In this document: positions 55,238 to 64,000 of the stretch, piece by piece
How the letters are laid out: each line of letters begins with the position of its first letter
Numbering within the stretch: the stretch's first letter is position 1
DNA from: Patescibacteria group bacterium
GTDB taxonomy: Bacteria > Patescibacteriota > Patescibacteriia > Patescibacteriales > JBAZCA01
Assembly: GCA_041661505.1 (NCBI GenBank)
Contig: JBAZUF010000001.1
Coordinates: 305,576-369,575, forward strand
Length of the DNA stretch: 64,000 nucleotides
Reading direction: 5' to 3'
The notes under the pieces: generated by a model
The model's input: the letters and a program-made list of their open reading frames with translations, nothing else
What the model was told of the DNA's origin: nothing
Database searches by the model: none
Made by a program: the position numbers and the translations under genes

Positions 55238-55963
55238 CTACTGGCTCATCACTTCCCCAAAACTCTTAATCAATTCATCGTCGCTTATTTTATCTAATAC
55301 TGATTTTTGCATGCCGTGGTCGATTAATAATTGCCTTAAAGTTTTGGCGTCGATTTGTCCGCTGGTTAATTGCTGAAGAGCGTCGCTACCCGTATTTGAA
55401 TTGGTTTGCTGGCTGGCCTCATTTTGCACCGCTGGGCTTAAAGCATCCAACTGCTGGGACATCTGCTGAAGAGTTTCCAGGTTGACGCTATTGGGCGTCG
55501 AACTGGCCTGGGTTTGGGCGCCGGAAGATATTGAACTTTTGTAGCAAACTTTTCCTTCCGGACAATTCGGATCAGTCCCGTTTTTTACTTCAACCCCGTC
55601 TAAAATCCCGTCCGAATCGCTATCTTCCAAATAAGGCGAAGTCTGGTAAATATAGAGCTCGTCATAATCGTTTAAGCTGTCATGATCGGTGTCGGCGGAT
55701 TTCTGCCTGGCGACTGTTTCCGGGCAGTCCGGTCCGGAACAGGCGCTCGTCGCGGCGTTATCAGCGGTATCGGTTTCGCCGTTATATACAAAAGGCTGGG
55801 TCAAACTTTTTTTAAACTGGACCGTCCATATAACAACCACGAACAACGCAAAAACGGCCAAAACCGCTACGGCTATCTTTTGGCCTTTGCCTAATTCTGG
55901 CGGCCGCGGCGGTTGGTTACCCTGCGGATCGCCATATTGGCTATTTTCCGGGTCTGGTTGCAT
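55238..55963 (-). CDS. Membrane-anchored protein with thrombospondin type-3-like Ca-binding repeats
   Basis: TM span IAVAVLAVFALFVVVIWTV, then DTDHDSLNDYDE...DSDSDGILDGVEVKNGTDP (DxDxDG repeats) and a Gln/Ser-rich tail. Confidence 0.5.
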   Translation of the reverse strand: MQPDPENSQYGDPQGNQPPRPPELGKGQKIAVAVLAVFALFVVVIWTVQFKKSLTQPFVYNGETDTADNAATSACSGPDCPETVARQKSADTDHDSLNDYDELYIYQTSPYLEDSDSDGILDGVEVKNGTDPNCPEGKVCYKSSISSGAQTQASSTPNSVNLETLQQMSQQLDALSPAVQNEASQQTNSNTGSDALQQLTSGQIDAKTLRQLLIDHGMQKSVLDKISDDELIKSFGEVMSQ

Positions 55964-56051
55964 GGGGAAAATAGTAATTGCTTTCGCAATGCGTATATTT
56001 AAATTTTTGGTCTTTTTGAGCCGCTGTTCTATAACCTATCCATTGCCGATA

Positions 56052-56894
56052 TTATACCATAAACTTTCCTAACTCACCAAATAGTTTTACCCAATTTTCT
56101 ATAGTCAGTCCTTCAGCCCGGATTTTAGGGTTTAAGCCAACTGCTTCTAACCCGGCTTCGGCCTCTTCGGCATTGATCTGCAGTCCGGCCGCCAGGTTGT
56201 TCTTTAGCATTCTTCTTTTCGAGCTAAAACCGAATTTTGCCAGCCGGAAAAATTTTCTTTCATCAATTTCTATGCGTTCTGGCCGGCTATCCAATTTTAT
56301 AATCGCCGAATCCACTTTCGGGCTGGGCCAAAAATTCCCTTTGGAAACCTGCCTTATGATTTTCGGCAGAGAGTAAAATTGGACCGAAACCGCGAGCATG
56401 CTCATTTTAGGCGGCTTAGCAACAATCCTCTGCGCTACTTCTTTTTGAAGCATCAAAGTCAAAGACTCGGGCCGCGCTTTTTCTTCCGACAAAAATTTCC
56501 TTAAAAAAATCGAGGTGATATTGTATGGCAGATTGGCGACTACCTTGTAGTTTTTGTCTTCCAGCTTAAGGTCCCCGGCTTTCAGAGTTAAAATATCTTT
56601 ATTAACCACTTCGACGTTTTTTACGTTATGCATATTCAGCCCATCCCTTAGAACCTGCGCCAGTTTGTCGTCCAGTTCAACGGCAATTACCCGTTTTGCT
56701 TTTTTTGCCAGTTTGGCGGTAAGGAACCCGAGTCCCGGCCCGATTTCCAAAACAACGTCGTGCGGCTCTAAATCGGCCGCTTGGATAATATCGTCATATA
56801 TCTTTTCCGAGATTAAAAAATTTTGCCCCTTTGATCGCGAAGGGACAATATCATAAAGCTCGCAAAGATATTTTATTTGGGGAGTTAAATTCAT
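56052..56894 (-). CDS. rsmA: 16S rRNA (adenine1518/1519-N6)-dimethyltransferase RsmA/KsgA
   Basis: SKGQNFL, VLEIGPGLGFLT, and NLPYNI(T)S motifs. Confidence 0.9.
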   Translation of the reverse strand: MNLTPQIKYLCELYDIVPSRSKGQNFLISEKIYDDIIQAADLEPHDVVLEIGPGLGFLTAKLAKKAKRVIAVELDDKLAQVLRDGLNMHNVKNVEVVNKDILTLKAGDLKLEDKNYKVVANLPYNITSIFLRKFLSEEKARPESLTLMLQKEVAQRIVAKPPKMSMLAVSVQFYSLPKIIRQVSKGNFWPSPKVDSAIIKLDSRPERIEIDERKFFRLAKFGFSSKRRMLKNNLAAGLQINAEEAEAGLEAVGLNPKIRAEGLTIENWVKLFGELGKFMV

Positions 56895-56911
56895 GCCCGG
56901 CGTTTGGCGAA

Positions 56912-57403
56912 TTATTTAATCTTATCCTTAAATCCTGCTATAATATACCTGAACCAGTCAAAAACCCGATCAGTATTATTCTTCGCCACTCCCGGAATCC
57001 CAATTACCCAAGGATAGGCGTTGGATGAACCGCAGTAAAGGTATTGCATGCCCATCGTCGGAGTCGTGCCTCCGCCTTTATAGACAAAACCTTTTGGCAC
57101 GGCGAGAAAAGTCGTTCCCTGCTGGCTCTGGGTATCTAATTCGGTGTAGCCGGCGCAGGCTGTCTCAAAAACCGGAGTTACCAAGGGGCAGGAAGCCTCG
57201 CAAGTTACCGGATAATTAGCCGGAGTATCCAAGACGCAGGGCATTACCTTGGTTATGTTCCCGCCATCCTGGACCGCGCAGCTTCCTCCGGCGTTAATTT
57301 CCCGGACAAATTTTCCCCATCGGTAATAATCATAAACTATATACCCGGACGCGATTATAATCAGGGCGGAAAATATAAATAAGCTTTTTCTAACTTTTGT
57401 CAT
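56912..57403 (-). CDS. Small membrane-anchored Cys-rich protein, unknown function
   Basis: N-terminal TM span (LFIFSALIIIASGYIVY) and seven Cys in the ectodomain by my count. Confidence 0.4.
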   Translation of the reverse strand: MTKVRKSLFIFSALIIIASGYIVYDYYRWGKFVREINAGGSCAVQDGGNITKVMPCVLDTPANYPVTCEASCPLVTPVFETACAGYTELDTQSQQGTTFLAVPKGFVYKGGGTTPTMGMQYLYCGSSNAYPWVIGIPGVAKNNTDRVFDWFRYIIAGFKDKIK

Positions 57404-57470
57404 ACGCCAATTCTTTACTCTTTAATTATATCAAATTTGGCGATTCAAGTCATCCTGGGATTCCAAAAAT

Positions 57471-58415
57471 ATGAAAAATCACTTGCTGATAATATTCGCT
57501 CTCCTGGCGTTGATGATTCCAGTCCAAATATCGGCTGAAAATAATTTAGCCGGAAGGCTGAAAGGTTATTTTTTAATCCAGGCCGAAAGCCATGGCGAGC
57601 TTTGGTATCTTAATCCAAAAGACGGAAAAAAATATTATCTAAACGGCCTAACTGATATAAATAATAACCTTTCCAAATTTTCCATAGGCATCAAAGACAA
57701 AGACTTGGAAAAAATCCCCCTGGGGCTAGGAGACTTTTATAAAGATATTAAGGACTCGGACGCGGACGGCCTTTCGGACGGCCTTGAAGCAAGCCTAAAG
57801 ACCGATCCTTATAATAAGGATAGTGATAATGACGGATATAATGATAAAGAGGAGGCTGTAGGCGGCTATTCGCCCTTGGGTAAAGAAAAAGTTTCCTTTA
57901 ATCCCAGCTTCCTAATAGAAAATTCGGGCAAAATATTTATCCAGGCTGAAAATCATGGCGAGCTTTGGTATCTTAATCCAAAAGACAAAAAGAGATATTT
58001 TTTTGGATCTTCTCCGCTGGCTCTAAAGGTTATAAAAGGCCTGGCCCTGGGAATAAAAAATACGGATATTGACAGAATTCCATCTGTCGGCGAAGAAGAT
58101 AAATCTTCCGGCGACTCATTTTCTTCGGACAGCCGCGATACTATCGATTCAGCCGCGAGCGCTATCCGTTCAGGCAGTTCTTCCGCCATCAGCTATTTTA
58201 CAAGCGAAGCCCAAACCCCGGTAAAATATACTCTTGACAAACTGGATAAGGAAGGCCGGCTGGCCCTGGGAAACACTCTCTCGGCCTCGGCCTTAACCAG
58301 TTCAAAAGAAGCTGAAAAAATCTATACTTCCGAAGTCTATTTTAACGGTGAAAAAACCAAAGTTAATTTCAAAGTAAAAAAGGTAGGCAAAAAATGGCTT
58401 TTGGCCAATTTATAA
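57471..58415 (+). CDS. Secreted repeat protein (two QAExHGELWYLNPKD modules flanking TSP3-like DxDxDG repeats)
   Basis: Signal peptide, FLIQAESHGELWYLNPKDGKKYYL and FIQAENHGELWYLNPKDKKRYFF modules, and DSDADGLSDGLE...DSDNDGYNDKEE. Confidence 0.5.
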   Translation: MKNHLLIIFALLALMIPVQISAENNLAGRLKGYFLIQAESHGELWYLNPKDGKKYYLNGLTDINNNLSKFSIGIKDKDLEKIPLGLGDFYKDIKDSDADGLSDGLEASLKTDPYNKDSDNDGYNDKEEAVGGYSPLGKEKVSFNPSFLIENSGKIFIQAENHGELWYLNPKDKKRYFFGSSPLALKVIKGLALGIKNTDIDRIPSVGEEDKSSGDSFSSDSRDTIDSAASAIRSGSSSAISYFTSEAQTPVKYTLDKLDKEGRLALGNTLSASALTSSKEAEKIYTSEVYFNGEKTKVNFKVKKVGKKWLLANL

Positions 58416-58439
58416 TAGCGCCCTTTTTGGGGCGCTATT
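58414..58439. terminator. Hairpin between the convergent 314-aa gene and leuS
   Basis: Perfect 10-bp stem aatagcgccc / gggcgctatt with a T5-G loop. Flanking U-tracts are weak. Confidence 0.45.
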
Positions 58440-58509
58440 GATATTCCCATCTTTAAAATAATTTGGATTAGATTTCTAATTTGTTAATTTTTTCGGCGCG
58501 AGCTTACTG

Positions 58510-61128
58510 CTATTTCGCTACAATACTAACCAGCTTTCCTTTAACAAAAACAACTTTTTCGATCTTTTTCCCTTCGACCCACTTTTTCACATTCGCGCTT
58601 TCCTGCGCGATTTTTTTTGCCTCTTCCTCGGAAATATCGGCGGCGGCGGAAATCGTGTCGCGCACTTTCCCGTTGACTTGCACGACGAGTTCGATTGTTT
58701 CATCTTTAATAAGCTCCGGATCAAACTTCGGCCACTCTTCCTTAAATATGCTTTCCGCGTGCCCGAGCCCATTCCAGAGTTCTTCGGTCAAATGCGGGGC
58801 AAACGGCGATAAAATTTTTAACAGCGCCGCGTATTGGCCTTTAGTTATATTTTCCGCGTCAGACATATGGTTGACCAGAATCATCATCTGGGCAATGCCG
58901 GTATTAAACTTAAATGATTCAATATCTTCGCCGACTTTTTTTATGGTTTTGTGGAGTAAGTTATCAATTTTATTTACATCACTGCCTGCGTTATCATCAC
59001 CAGCCTGCGCTCCCTTTCCGCTTTCCGCATCCTTGCCTCCGCCAGCCTTTCCATCAACTTTTTCTTTCAACTTCCACACCCGTTCTAAAAATTTCCTTCC
59101 GCCGATTAGTCCATTCGTCGACCAAGCGACCGGCTGGGAAAACGGCCCCATAAACATTTCATAAACCCGCATAGCGTCCGCGCCGAATTTTTCTACCACC
59201 TCGTCCGGGTTAATAACATTATTCCAGCGCTTAGACATTTTCCGTCCGTCTTCGGCAAGTATTAATCCGACATGCTGAAGGCGGGTGAAAGGCTCGTCAT
59301 AACTAACCGCGCCGATATCGAATAAAAATTTGTGCCAGAATCGGGCATATATTAGGTGGCGCGTCGCGTGCTCGGCGCCGCCGACGTAAAAATCGACCGG
59401 CGACCAATATTTCTCTTTTTCTTTATCTACCAGCGCTTCGTTATTACGCGGATCAATGTAGCGAAGGTAATACCAGGATGACCCGGCCCATTGCGGCATA
59501 GTATTGGTCTCCCGCTTAGCCGGGCCACCGCATTTCGGGCATTTTATTTCCACCCATTCCTTTATATTCGCCAGCGGAGATTCGCCGGTTCCGGTCGGTT
59601 CGTAATGCTCAACTTCCGGCAAGGTAACCGGCAGTTCGGAAACGCCCACCCAGCCCGGATTAATAATTTCTCCGGCGGTAAACCCATTTATTTTTTCCGC
59701 CTTTTCCTTAATTCCCGCATGTTTTATTTTTTCCACCACATCAGGATGCTCAAAAACATATTTTTCCACTTCAGCCTTGCAATGCTCGCAGTAAACGAGC
59801 GGGAACGGCTCACCCCAATATCTTTGCCGGGAAAATACCCAGTCTTTAATTTTGTAGCTGACTGTCCGCCGGCCCCAGCCTTTTTCTTCAATATAATCCA
59901 TTATCTTTTTCGTTGCGGCATGAATATCAAGGCCGTCTAAAAATTCGCTATTAATCATAACGCCTTCTTCTTCCTGCACTTGTTCCGGTTTCGTGATCGG
60001 CGAGGCATCACCATCTTTTCCCACAACAACTCTTATCACGTCGAGTCCCATGGCCTGGGCAAACTCAAAATCGCGGATGTCATGGCCCGGCACGCCGACA
60101 ACAATTCCGGTTCCGACCGAGGCTAAGACAAAATCGCCGACATAGATCGGCATGCGTTTTCCGGTAAGATTATTGATTGCGGCCCAGCCAGTTGCTACTC
60201 CGGTCTTAACACGGCCTTCGCTTATTCTCTCAATCTCACTTTTATTTTTAGCCTCTTCAACATACTTGGCCGCTTCTTTTTTATTAGGGAACTTATCGAG
60301 ATTATTGGTTACAAAATCGCTGTCCGGCGCGGCTACAATAAAAGTCGCTCCAAAGTTAGTGTCCGGACGGGTGGTGAATACCGATAATTTTTGGTCCAAG
60401 CCTTCAATTTCATAATCGATATCAATTCCCTCTTTCCGCCCGATCCAATTTTTTTGCATTACCTTAATCGACTCTTCCCAGTCCGGTAATTTTTCCAGGT
60501 CGTTAAGCATCCGATCGGCGTAAGCGGTAATTTTTAAAACCCACTGGCGTATCGGCTTTTTTTCGACAACAGACCCGCATCGTTCGCATCTTCCATTCTC
60601 CAGGTCTTCATTCGCCAAACCGGTTTTGCAGGACGGGCACCAGTTAATCGGCTCGTTGGATTCATAAGCCAGGCCGCGGCGAAACATCTCTAAAAATATC
60701 CACTGGGTCCATTTATAAAATTCCGGGTCAGTAGTATTTATTTCCCGGTCCCAGTCATACGTAAACCCGAGTTGTGCGAGCTGGCGCTTAAAAGTCTCAA
60801 CGTTTTTTTCCGTAGCAACGCGCGGATGGGTTTTATTTTCCAAAGCGTAATTTTCCGCCGGCAAGCCGAAAGCGTCCCAGCCCATAGGATGCAAAACATT
60901 ATACCCTTGCATCATCCGCATTCTCGCGTACACATCTGTAGCAATGTATCCCTTGGGATGGCCGACATGAAGTCCGGCGCCCGAAGGATACGGAAACATG
61001 TCCAAAATGTAGTACTTAGGCTTTTTTTCATCATCTCGTCCCCCGACGCTCTCGCCAGTCTTATAAATCCCCCATTCTTCCCATTTTTTCCGCCATTTTG
61101 GCTCGATCGCTTTATGGTCGTATTTCAT
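58510..61128 (-). CDS. leuS: Leucyl-tRNA synthetase
   Basis: Class I HIGH motif (PSGAGLHVGHPKGY), KMSKS motif (RKMSKRWNN), Zn-binding CPSC...CERCG, and a CP1 editing domain. 872 aa. Confidence 0.95.
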   Translation of the reverse strand: MKYDHKAIEPKWRKKWEEWGIYKTGESVGGRDDEKKPKYYILDMFPYPSGAGLHVGHPKGYIATDVYARMRMMQGYNVLHPMGWDAFGLPAENYALENKTHPRVATEKNVETFKRQLAQLGFTYDWDREINTTDPEFYKWTQWIFLEMFRRGLAYESNEPINWCPSCKTGLANEDLENGRCERCGSVVEKKPIRQWVLKITAYADRMLNDLEKLPDWEESIKVMQKNWIGRKEGIDIDYEIEGLDQKLSVFTTRPDTNFGATFIVAAPDSDFVTNNLDKFPNKKEAAKYVEEAKNKSEIERISEGRVKTGVATGWAAINNLTGKRMPIYVGDFVLASVGTGIVVGVPGHDIRDFEFAQAMGLDVIRVVVGKDGDASPITKPEQVQEEEGVMINSEFLDGLDIHAATKKIMDYIEEKGWGRRTVSYKIKDWVFSRQRYWGEPFPLVYCEHCKAEVEKYVFEHPDVVEKIKHAGIKEKAEKINGFTAGEIINPGWVGVSELPVTLPEVEHYEPTGTGESPLANIKEWVEIKCPKCGGPAKRETNTMPQWAGSSWYYLRYIDPRNNEALVDKEKEKYWSPVDFYVGGAEHATRHLIYARFWHKFLFDIGAVSYDEPFTRLQHVGLILAEDGRKMSKRWNNVINPDEVVEKFGADAMRVYEMFMGPFSQPVAWSTNGLIGGRKFLERVWKLKEKVDGKAGGGKDAESGKGAQAGDDNAGSDVNKIDNLLHKTIKKVGEDIESFKFNTGIAQMMILVNHMSDAENITKGQYAALLKILSPFAPHLTEELWNGLGHAESIFKEEWPKFDPELIKDETIELVVQVNGKVRDTISAAADISEEEAKKIAQESANVKKWVEGKKIEKVVFVKGKLVSIVAK

Positions 61129-61229
61129 AATTCTTAAAAATTTTAATACAAAAATATTATGCTCCTAATATTAAGCTAATTTTTGAGAATTTTCAAGAGC
61201 TTATTAAGAGATATGCCAAAAAAGCTTTT

Positions 61230-61385
61230 TTATTTTACCGTCTTCTTTATTATCAACTCCTGCAGCTTTTTTACGCTACCGCCGGAAACTTTCATTTTCG
61301 CGCGCTTTTTATTCTTTCGCTTTTCATGTTTTTTTTCCAGGGCGGCTAAAAGGCGGTCATGTTCGCCCCCATTTTGTTTGTTCAT
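61230..61385 (-). CDS. Possible small basic protein (51 aa), not in the supplied track
   Basis: My translation is MNKQNGGEHDRLLAALEKKHEKRKNKKRAKMKVSGGSVKKLQELIIKKTVK. It lies in a 320-nt spacer that is otherwise unexplained. No clear SD. Confidence 0.25.
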   Translation of the reverse strand: MNKQNGGEHDRLLAALEKKHEKRKNKKRAKMKVSGGSVKKLQELIIKKTVK

Positions 61386-61447
61386 AAGGAAAATGGTATA
61401 ATCAACTTAACTTCTTTTATTATAATCCAAGATAGGATAGCCGACAA

Positions 61448-62107
61448 ATGGGGAAAAAAGCGGTAAAAATAATTTTTCTTTTCGCATTTTTTTTAGTGCT
61501 GGCTTTTTCCGTTGCTTTCGGCCTTTACGTATTCAGAATCTATCGCGACGCGAAGGCCGATCTTAAAAATCAGTCCCAAAAAATCCAATTAAGCGGCCCA
61601 AAATACGAGATCAATACCAAGGGCGATTATTGGTTCGGCTCAAACAATCCTAAAGTGACCATAATTGAATTTTCCGATTTTGCCTGTCCCAATTCAAAAA
61701 ATTCTTTTTCGACGATCCGCGAACTGGTAATAAAATACAATAAAGACGTAAAATTGGTTTTTAAAGACTACCCGCAGTTTGACGAATCCCTGGATTTAGC
61801 CAATGGCGCCCGCTGCGCCGGGGAGCAGGGCCTGTTTTGGCTGATGCATGATAAATTATTCTTAAACCAGGGAATAAATACCGCCGCCGGAATACTCGAA
61901 GCGGCCCGGGAAATCGGCGCGGATACCGGCCGGTTCCAAACCTGCTTTGATAGCTTAAAATACCAGGAATTAATCAAAAACGACGCCCAGGAAGGGCAAA
62001 GAATTTCCCTGTCCGGAACGCCGACTTGGATTATTAACGGATATATGGTATATGGAGATATACCCTTGCCGATTTGGGAAAAGCTAATTAACCAGATGAT
62101 AGAATAA
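61448..62107 (+). CDS. DsbA-like thioredoxin-fold protein with a CxxS active site, membrane-anchored
   Basis: N-terminal TM span. The active-site position reads FSDFACPNSK (C-P-N-S rather than CxxC). Shares RCAGEQG and GTPTWIING with the other DsbA paralogue. Confidence 0.65.
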   Translation: MGKKAVKIIFLFAFFLVLAFSVAFGLYVFRIYRDAKADLKNQSQKIQLSGPKYEINTKGDYWFGSNNPKVTIIEFSDFACPNSKNSFSTIRELVIKYNKDVKLVFKDYPQFDESLDLANGARCAGEQGLFWLMHDKLFLNQGINTAAGILEAAREIGADTGRFQTCFDSLKYQELIKNDAQEGQRISLSGTPTWIINGYMVYGDIPLPIWEKLINQMIE

Positions 62108-62128
62108 TTTATACCAGAAAAAATTTAT

Positions 62129-62683
62129 ATGATACAAGTACGCATTCATGGCCGGGGCGGACAAGGGGTGGTTACTTCAGCCGAACTAATCGCCGTCGCC
62201 GCTTTTTTGGACGGCAAAGAAGCGCAAGCCTTTCCCTATTTCGGCGTGGAGCGCCGGGGCGCGCCGATTATGGCGTTCGCGCGGATTGACTCGAAGCCGA
62301 TCCGGTTAAGGGAGCATGTATATCATCCGGATATAATTATTGTCCAGGACGCGACGCTTTTGGGCGCGGTCAATTTGTCCGAAGGCGCGGCCGCCAAGGC
62401 TATAATGATTGTAAACACGACGAAACTTCCGGAAGAAGTCAGCCGGCTGGCCGGTTTTCCCGCGAGCAGCATCCACACTTTTGACGCGACAAAAATCGCC
62501 CTGGATACGATCGGGAGGAACATTGTAAACACGGTAATTCTCGGGGCGCTTTCAAAAATTGCCGGGGTCATTAGCTTAAAATCTCTTGAAGCGGCGATTA
62601 AGGAACAGCTTGAATCCAAGGGCCCGGAAGTGGTAAAAAGAAATATAGCGGCTATTGAAAAAGCCTACGCGTCGATTAAATAA
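62129..62683 (+). CDS. porG: 2-oxoacid:ferredoxin oxidoreductase, gamma subunit
   Basis: IRIHGRGGQGVVT N-terminus typical of POR gamma subunits. 184 aa, followed by delta and alpha subunits. Confidence 0.85.
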   Translation: MIQVRIHGRGGQGVVTSAELIAVAAFLDGKEAQAFPYFGVERRGAPIMAFARIDSKPIRLREHVYHPDIIIVQDATLLGAVNLSEGAAAKAIMIVNTTKLPEEVSRLAGFPASSIHTFDATKIALDTIGRNIVNTVILGALSKIAGVISLKSLEAAIKEQLESKGPEVVKRNIAAIEKAYASIK

Positions 62684-62720
62684 ACATGCATCCGGCTAAA
62701 CCGCATTCATTAAATTATTT

Positions 62721-63035
62721 ATGAAGCTTCCGATATCAGTCAAACCCAATTCAACTATCAAAAACAAAACCGGCGCCTGGCGGACTTTTAAGCCTGGCGT
62801 TGATTTGGAAAAATGCACCGGTTGCGGGATTTGCACCCGGCTTTGTCCCGAAGGAATAATTTCTCTGGAAAATACAGACGCAAAAAAAGTTAAAACAGCT
62901 CCAGGCGCGGCCGCTCCCGCCAGCGCCGTTTCCCGGCCCAAAGCCAAAATCAATTTTGACTACTGCAAGGGTTGCGGGCTCTGCGCGAGAGAATGCCCGT
63001 TTAAAGCCATAGATATGGAGCTGGAAGATAAATAA
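62721..63035 (+). CDS. porD: 2-oxoacid:ferredoxin oxidoreductase, delta subunit (2x[4Fe-4S] ferredoxin)
   Basis: CTGCGICTRLCP and CKGCGLCARECP cluster motifs. Confidence 0.85.
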   Translation: MKLPISVKPNSTIKNKTGAWRTFKPGVDLEKCTGCGICTRLCPEGIISLENTDAKKVKTAPGAAAPASAVSRPKAKINFDYCKGCGLCARECPFKAIDMELEDK

Positions 63036-63130
63036 TCCGCGCATCATCATGATTCATGCGATTGCCGAATTGCAAGTAATTACCATTAAATAATTTATAA
63101 ATTGGAAATTGATAATTGAAAATTTCTTAT

Positions 63131-64000
63131 ATGCGGCAAATACTAGAAGGATCAAACGCGATTGCCCGGCTGATAAAAGACATTAGCCCGGGCGTGGTTT
63201 CGGCTTACCCGATCACCCCCCAGACCCACATCGTTGAAGACCTGGCAAAATTCAAAGCCGACGGCCAGGCCGGTTATGAGTATGTCCGGGCGGAAAGCGA
63301 ATTTTCGGCGGCGTCAATCGTCGCCGGGGCGTCAGCTACCGGCGTGCGCACCTATACCGCTACCAGTTCCCAAGGCCTTTTGCTTATGTGCGAAGTGGTT
63401 TTTAATATTGCCGGCATGCGCCTCCCTGTTGTTATGACCGTGGCGAACCGCGCTATTTCCGCGCCGATTAATATCTGGAATGACCAGTCCGACGCGATGG
63501 TGGTCCGGGATGCCGGCTGGATTATGCTTTTTTCGGAAAATATCCAGGAAACAATCGAACAGCATCTTCTGGCTTTTAGGGTCGCGGAAAAATTAAAAAT
63601 TCCGGTTATGGTTAATTTGGACGGATTTGTTTTAACCCATACTTTTGAGCCGGTGGAGCTTCCGGACAAAAAAACCATAAAAAAATTCCTCCCTGATTAC
63701 CGGCCGAAAGCTGGAGAATATCTTGATCCGGCTAATCCGGTTACTTTAGGCGCATTAGCCACGCCGGACGATTACATGGAAATACGGGAAGATTTAAGCA
63801 AGGACGTTCTAGGCTCCGCAACCGCCTTAGCCGAGGAAGGCGCCCGGCTGGCAAAAATTCTTAATTCTTCCGGCAGTCATTCGTCGGCCAACCCTTTTGT
63901 CGAATATTACGGCCCTAAAAATCCTAAAATTATTTTAGTGGCCCTGGGTTCGGTCATAGGGACAATGAAAGAAGCGGCGGATGAGATCAATTCGAAAAAA
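63131..64000 (+). CDS. porA: 2-oxoacid:ferredoxin oxidoreductase, alpha subunit (5' part; runs off the right edge)
   Basis: Not in the track because there is no stop in the window. My translation from the ATG at 63131 is MRQILEGSNAIARLIKDISPGVVSAYPITPQTHIVE...AESEFSAASIVAGASATGVRTYTATSSQGLLLM.... It is open for 290 codons to the window end. Confidence 0.85.
   Translation, partial: MRQILEGSNAIARLIKDISPGVVSAYPITPQTHIVEDLAKFKADGQAGYEYVRAESEFSAASIVAGASATGVRTYTATSSQGLLLMCEVVFNIAGMRLPVVMTVANRAISAPINIWNDQSDAMVVRDAGWIMLFSENIQETIEQHLLAFRVAEKLKIPVMVNLDGFVLTHTFEPVELPDKKTIKKFLPDYRPKAGEYLDPANPVTLGALATPDDYMEIREDLSKDVLGSATALAEEGARLAKILNSSGSHSSANPFVEYYGPKNPKIILVALGSVIGTMKEAADEINSKK

Noticed and set aside
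58481-59164. Long antisense ORFs inside well-supported genes (this 227-aa ORF in leuS; also 8581..9165 in pilB, 12626..13156 in pilM, 50413..50928 and others in the giant gene)
   Set aside because: They overlap genes with unambiguous family motifs on the opposite strand. They are Ser/Phe/Leu/Pro-rich low-complexity translations and lack start context. I treated them as shadow ORFs.
61183-61401. 72-aa plus-strand ORF in the leuS upstream spacer
   Set aside because: Its Phe/Ser/Cys/Arg-rich composition is that of an antisense translation. It mirrors the more plausible Lys-rich 51-codon ORF on the minus strand.
1-64000. CRISPR arrays, integrases/transposases, prophage, rRNA, or a recoded genetic code
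   Set aside because: No regularly spaced direct repeats were seen. No recombinase or transposase motifs were recognised. Long ORFs are intact under the standard code, and TGA is used as a genuine stop (e.g. radA ends ...aaa caa tca tga), so a UGA-recoded lineage is unlikely.

Overview
Compact, almost fully coding bacterial window of about 60 genes using the standard code (TGA is a stop, e.g. at the end of radA). The gene content looks like a reduced-genome, monoderm Patescibacteria/CPR-type organism; that assignment is inference from content, not a database hit.

Left to right:
1. A glycan-modification set (O-antigen-ligase-like, SAM methyltransferase, radical SAM/SPASM, GT4) abuts a secretin-less type IV pilus operon: two pilins, pilC, a degenerate pilT-like gene, a CheY-like receiver, pilB, pilO/N-like genes and pilM.
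2. Housekeeping genes: a TolB-like protein, DsbA, radA and recG.
3. An unusual convergent cluster: an AdoMet-decarboxylase-like gene facing an operon of membrane-fused spermidine synthase, a double ATP-grasp ligase, a FemAB/CelD-like GNAT, an orphan 468-aa protein and a SET-domain methyltransferase.
4. Two tRNA-Ser genes, plus a tRNA-Arg flanked by tRNA-derived fragments that carry a shared 21-nt hairpin.
5. A six-gene operon joining comF to a VirB4-like ATPase and a PrgI/VirB3-like protein.
6. An EamA transporter with a metK-ahcY-kinase methyl-cycle operon. A HEPN/MNT cassette has been inserted at its 5' end, leaving a duplicated gene start.
7. A second membrane gene set: a VirB6-like 850-aa protein, two tandem ORF6N genes, a 2758-aa cysteine-rich giant surface protein and a TSP3-repeat protein.
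8. rsmA, leuS, a second DsbA-like protein (CxxS) and porGDA.

No CRISPR array, integrase, transposase, relaxase or rRNA was seen.

Best candidates for something new:
- the comF-linked T4SS-like machinery, split over two loci, together with the giant protein;
- the polyamine/ATP-grasp/GNAT/SET operon;
- covarying palindromes embedded in the ORF6N coding sequences.
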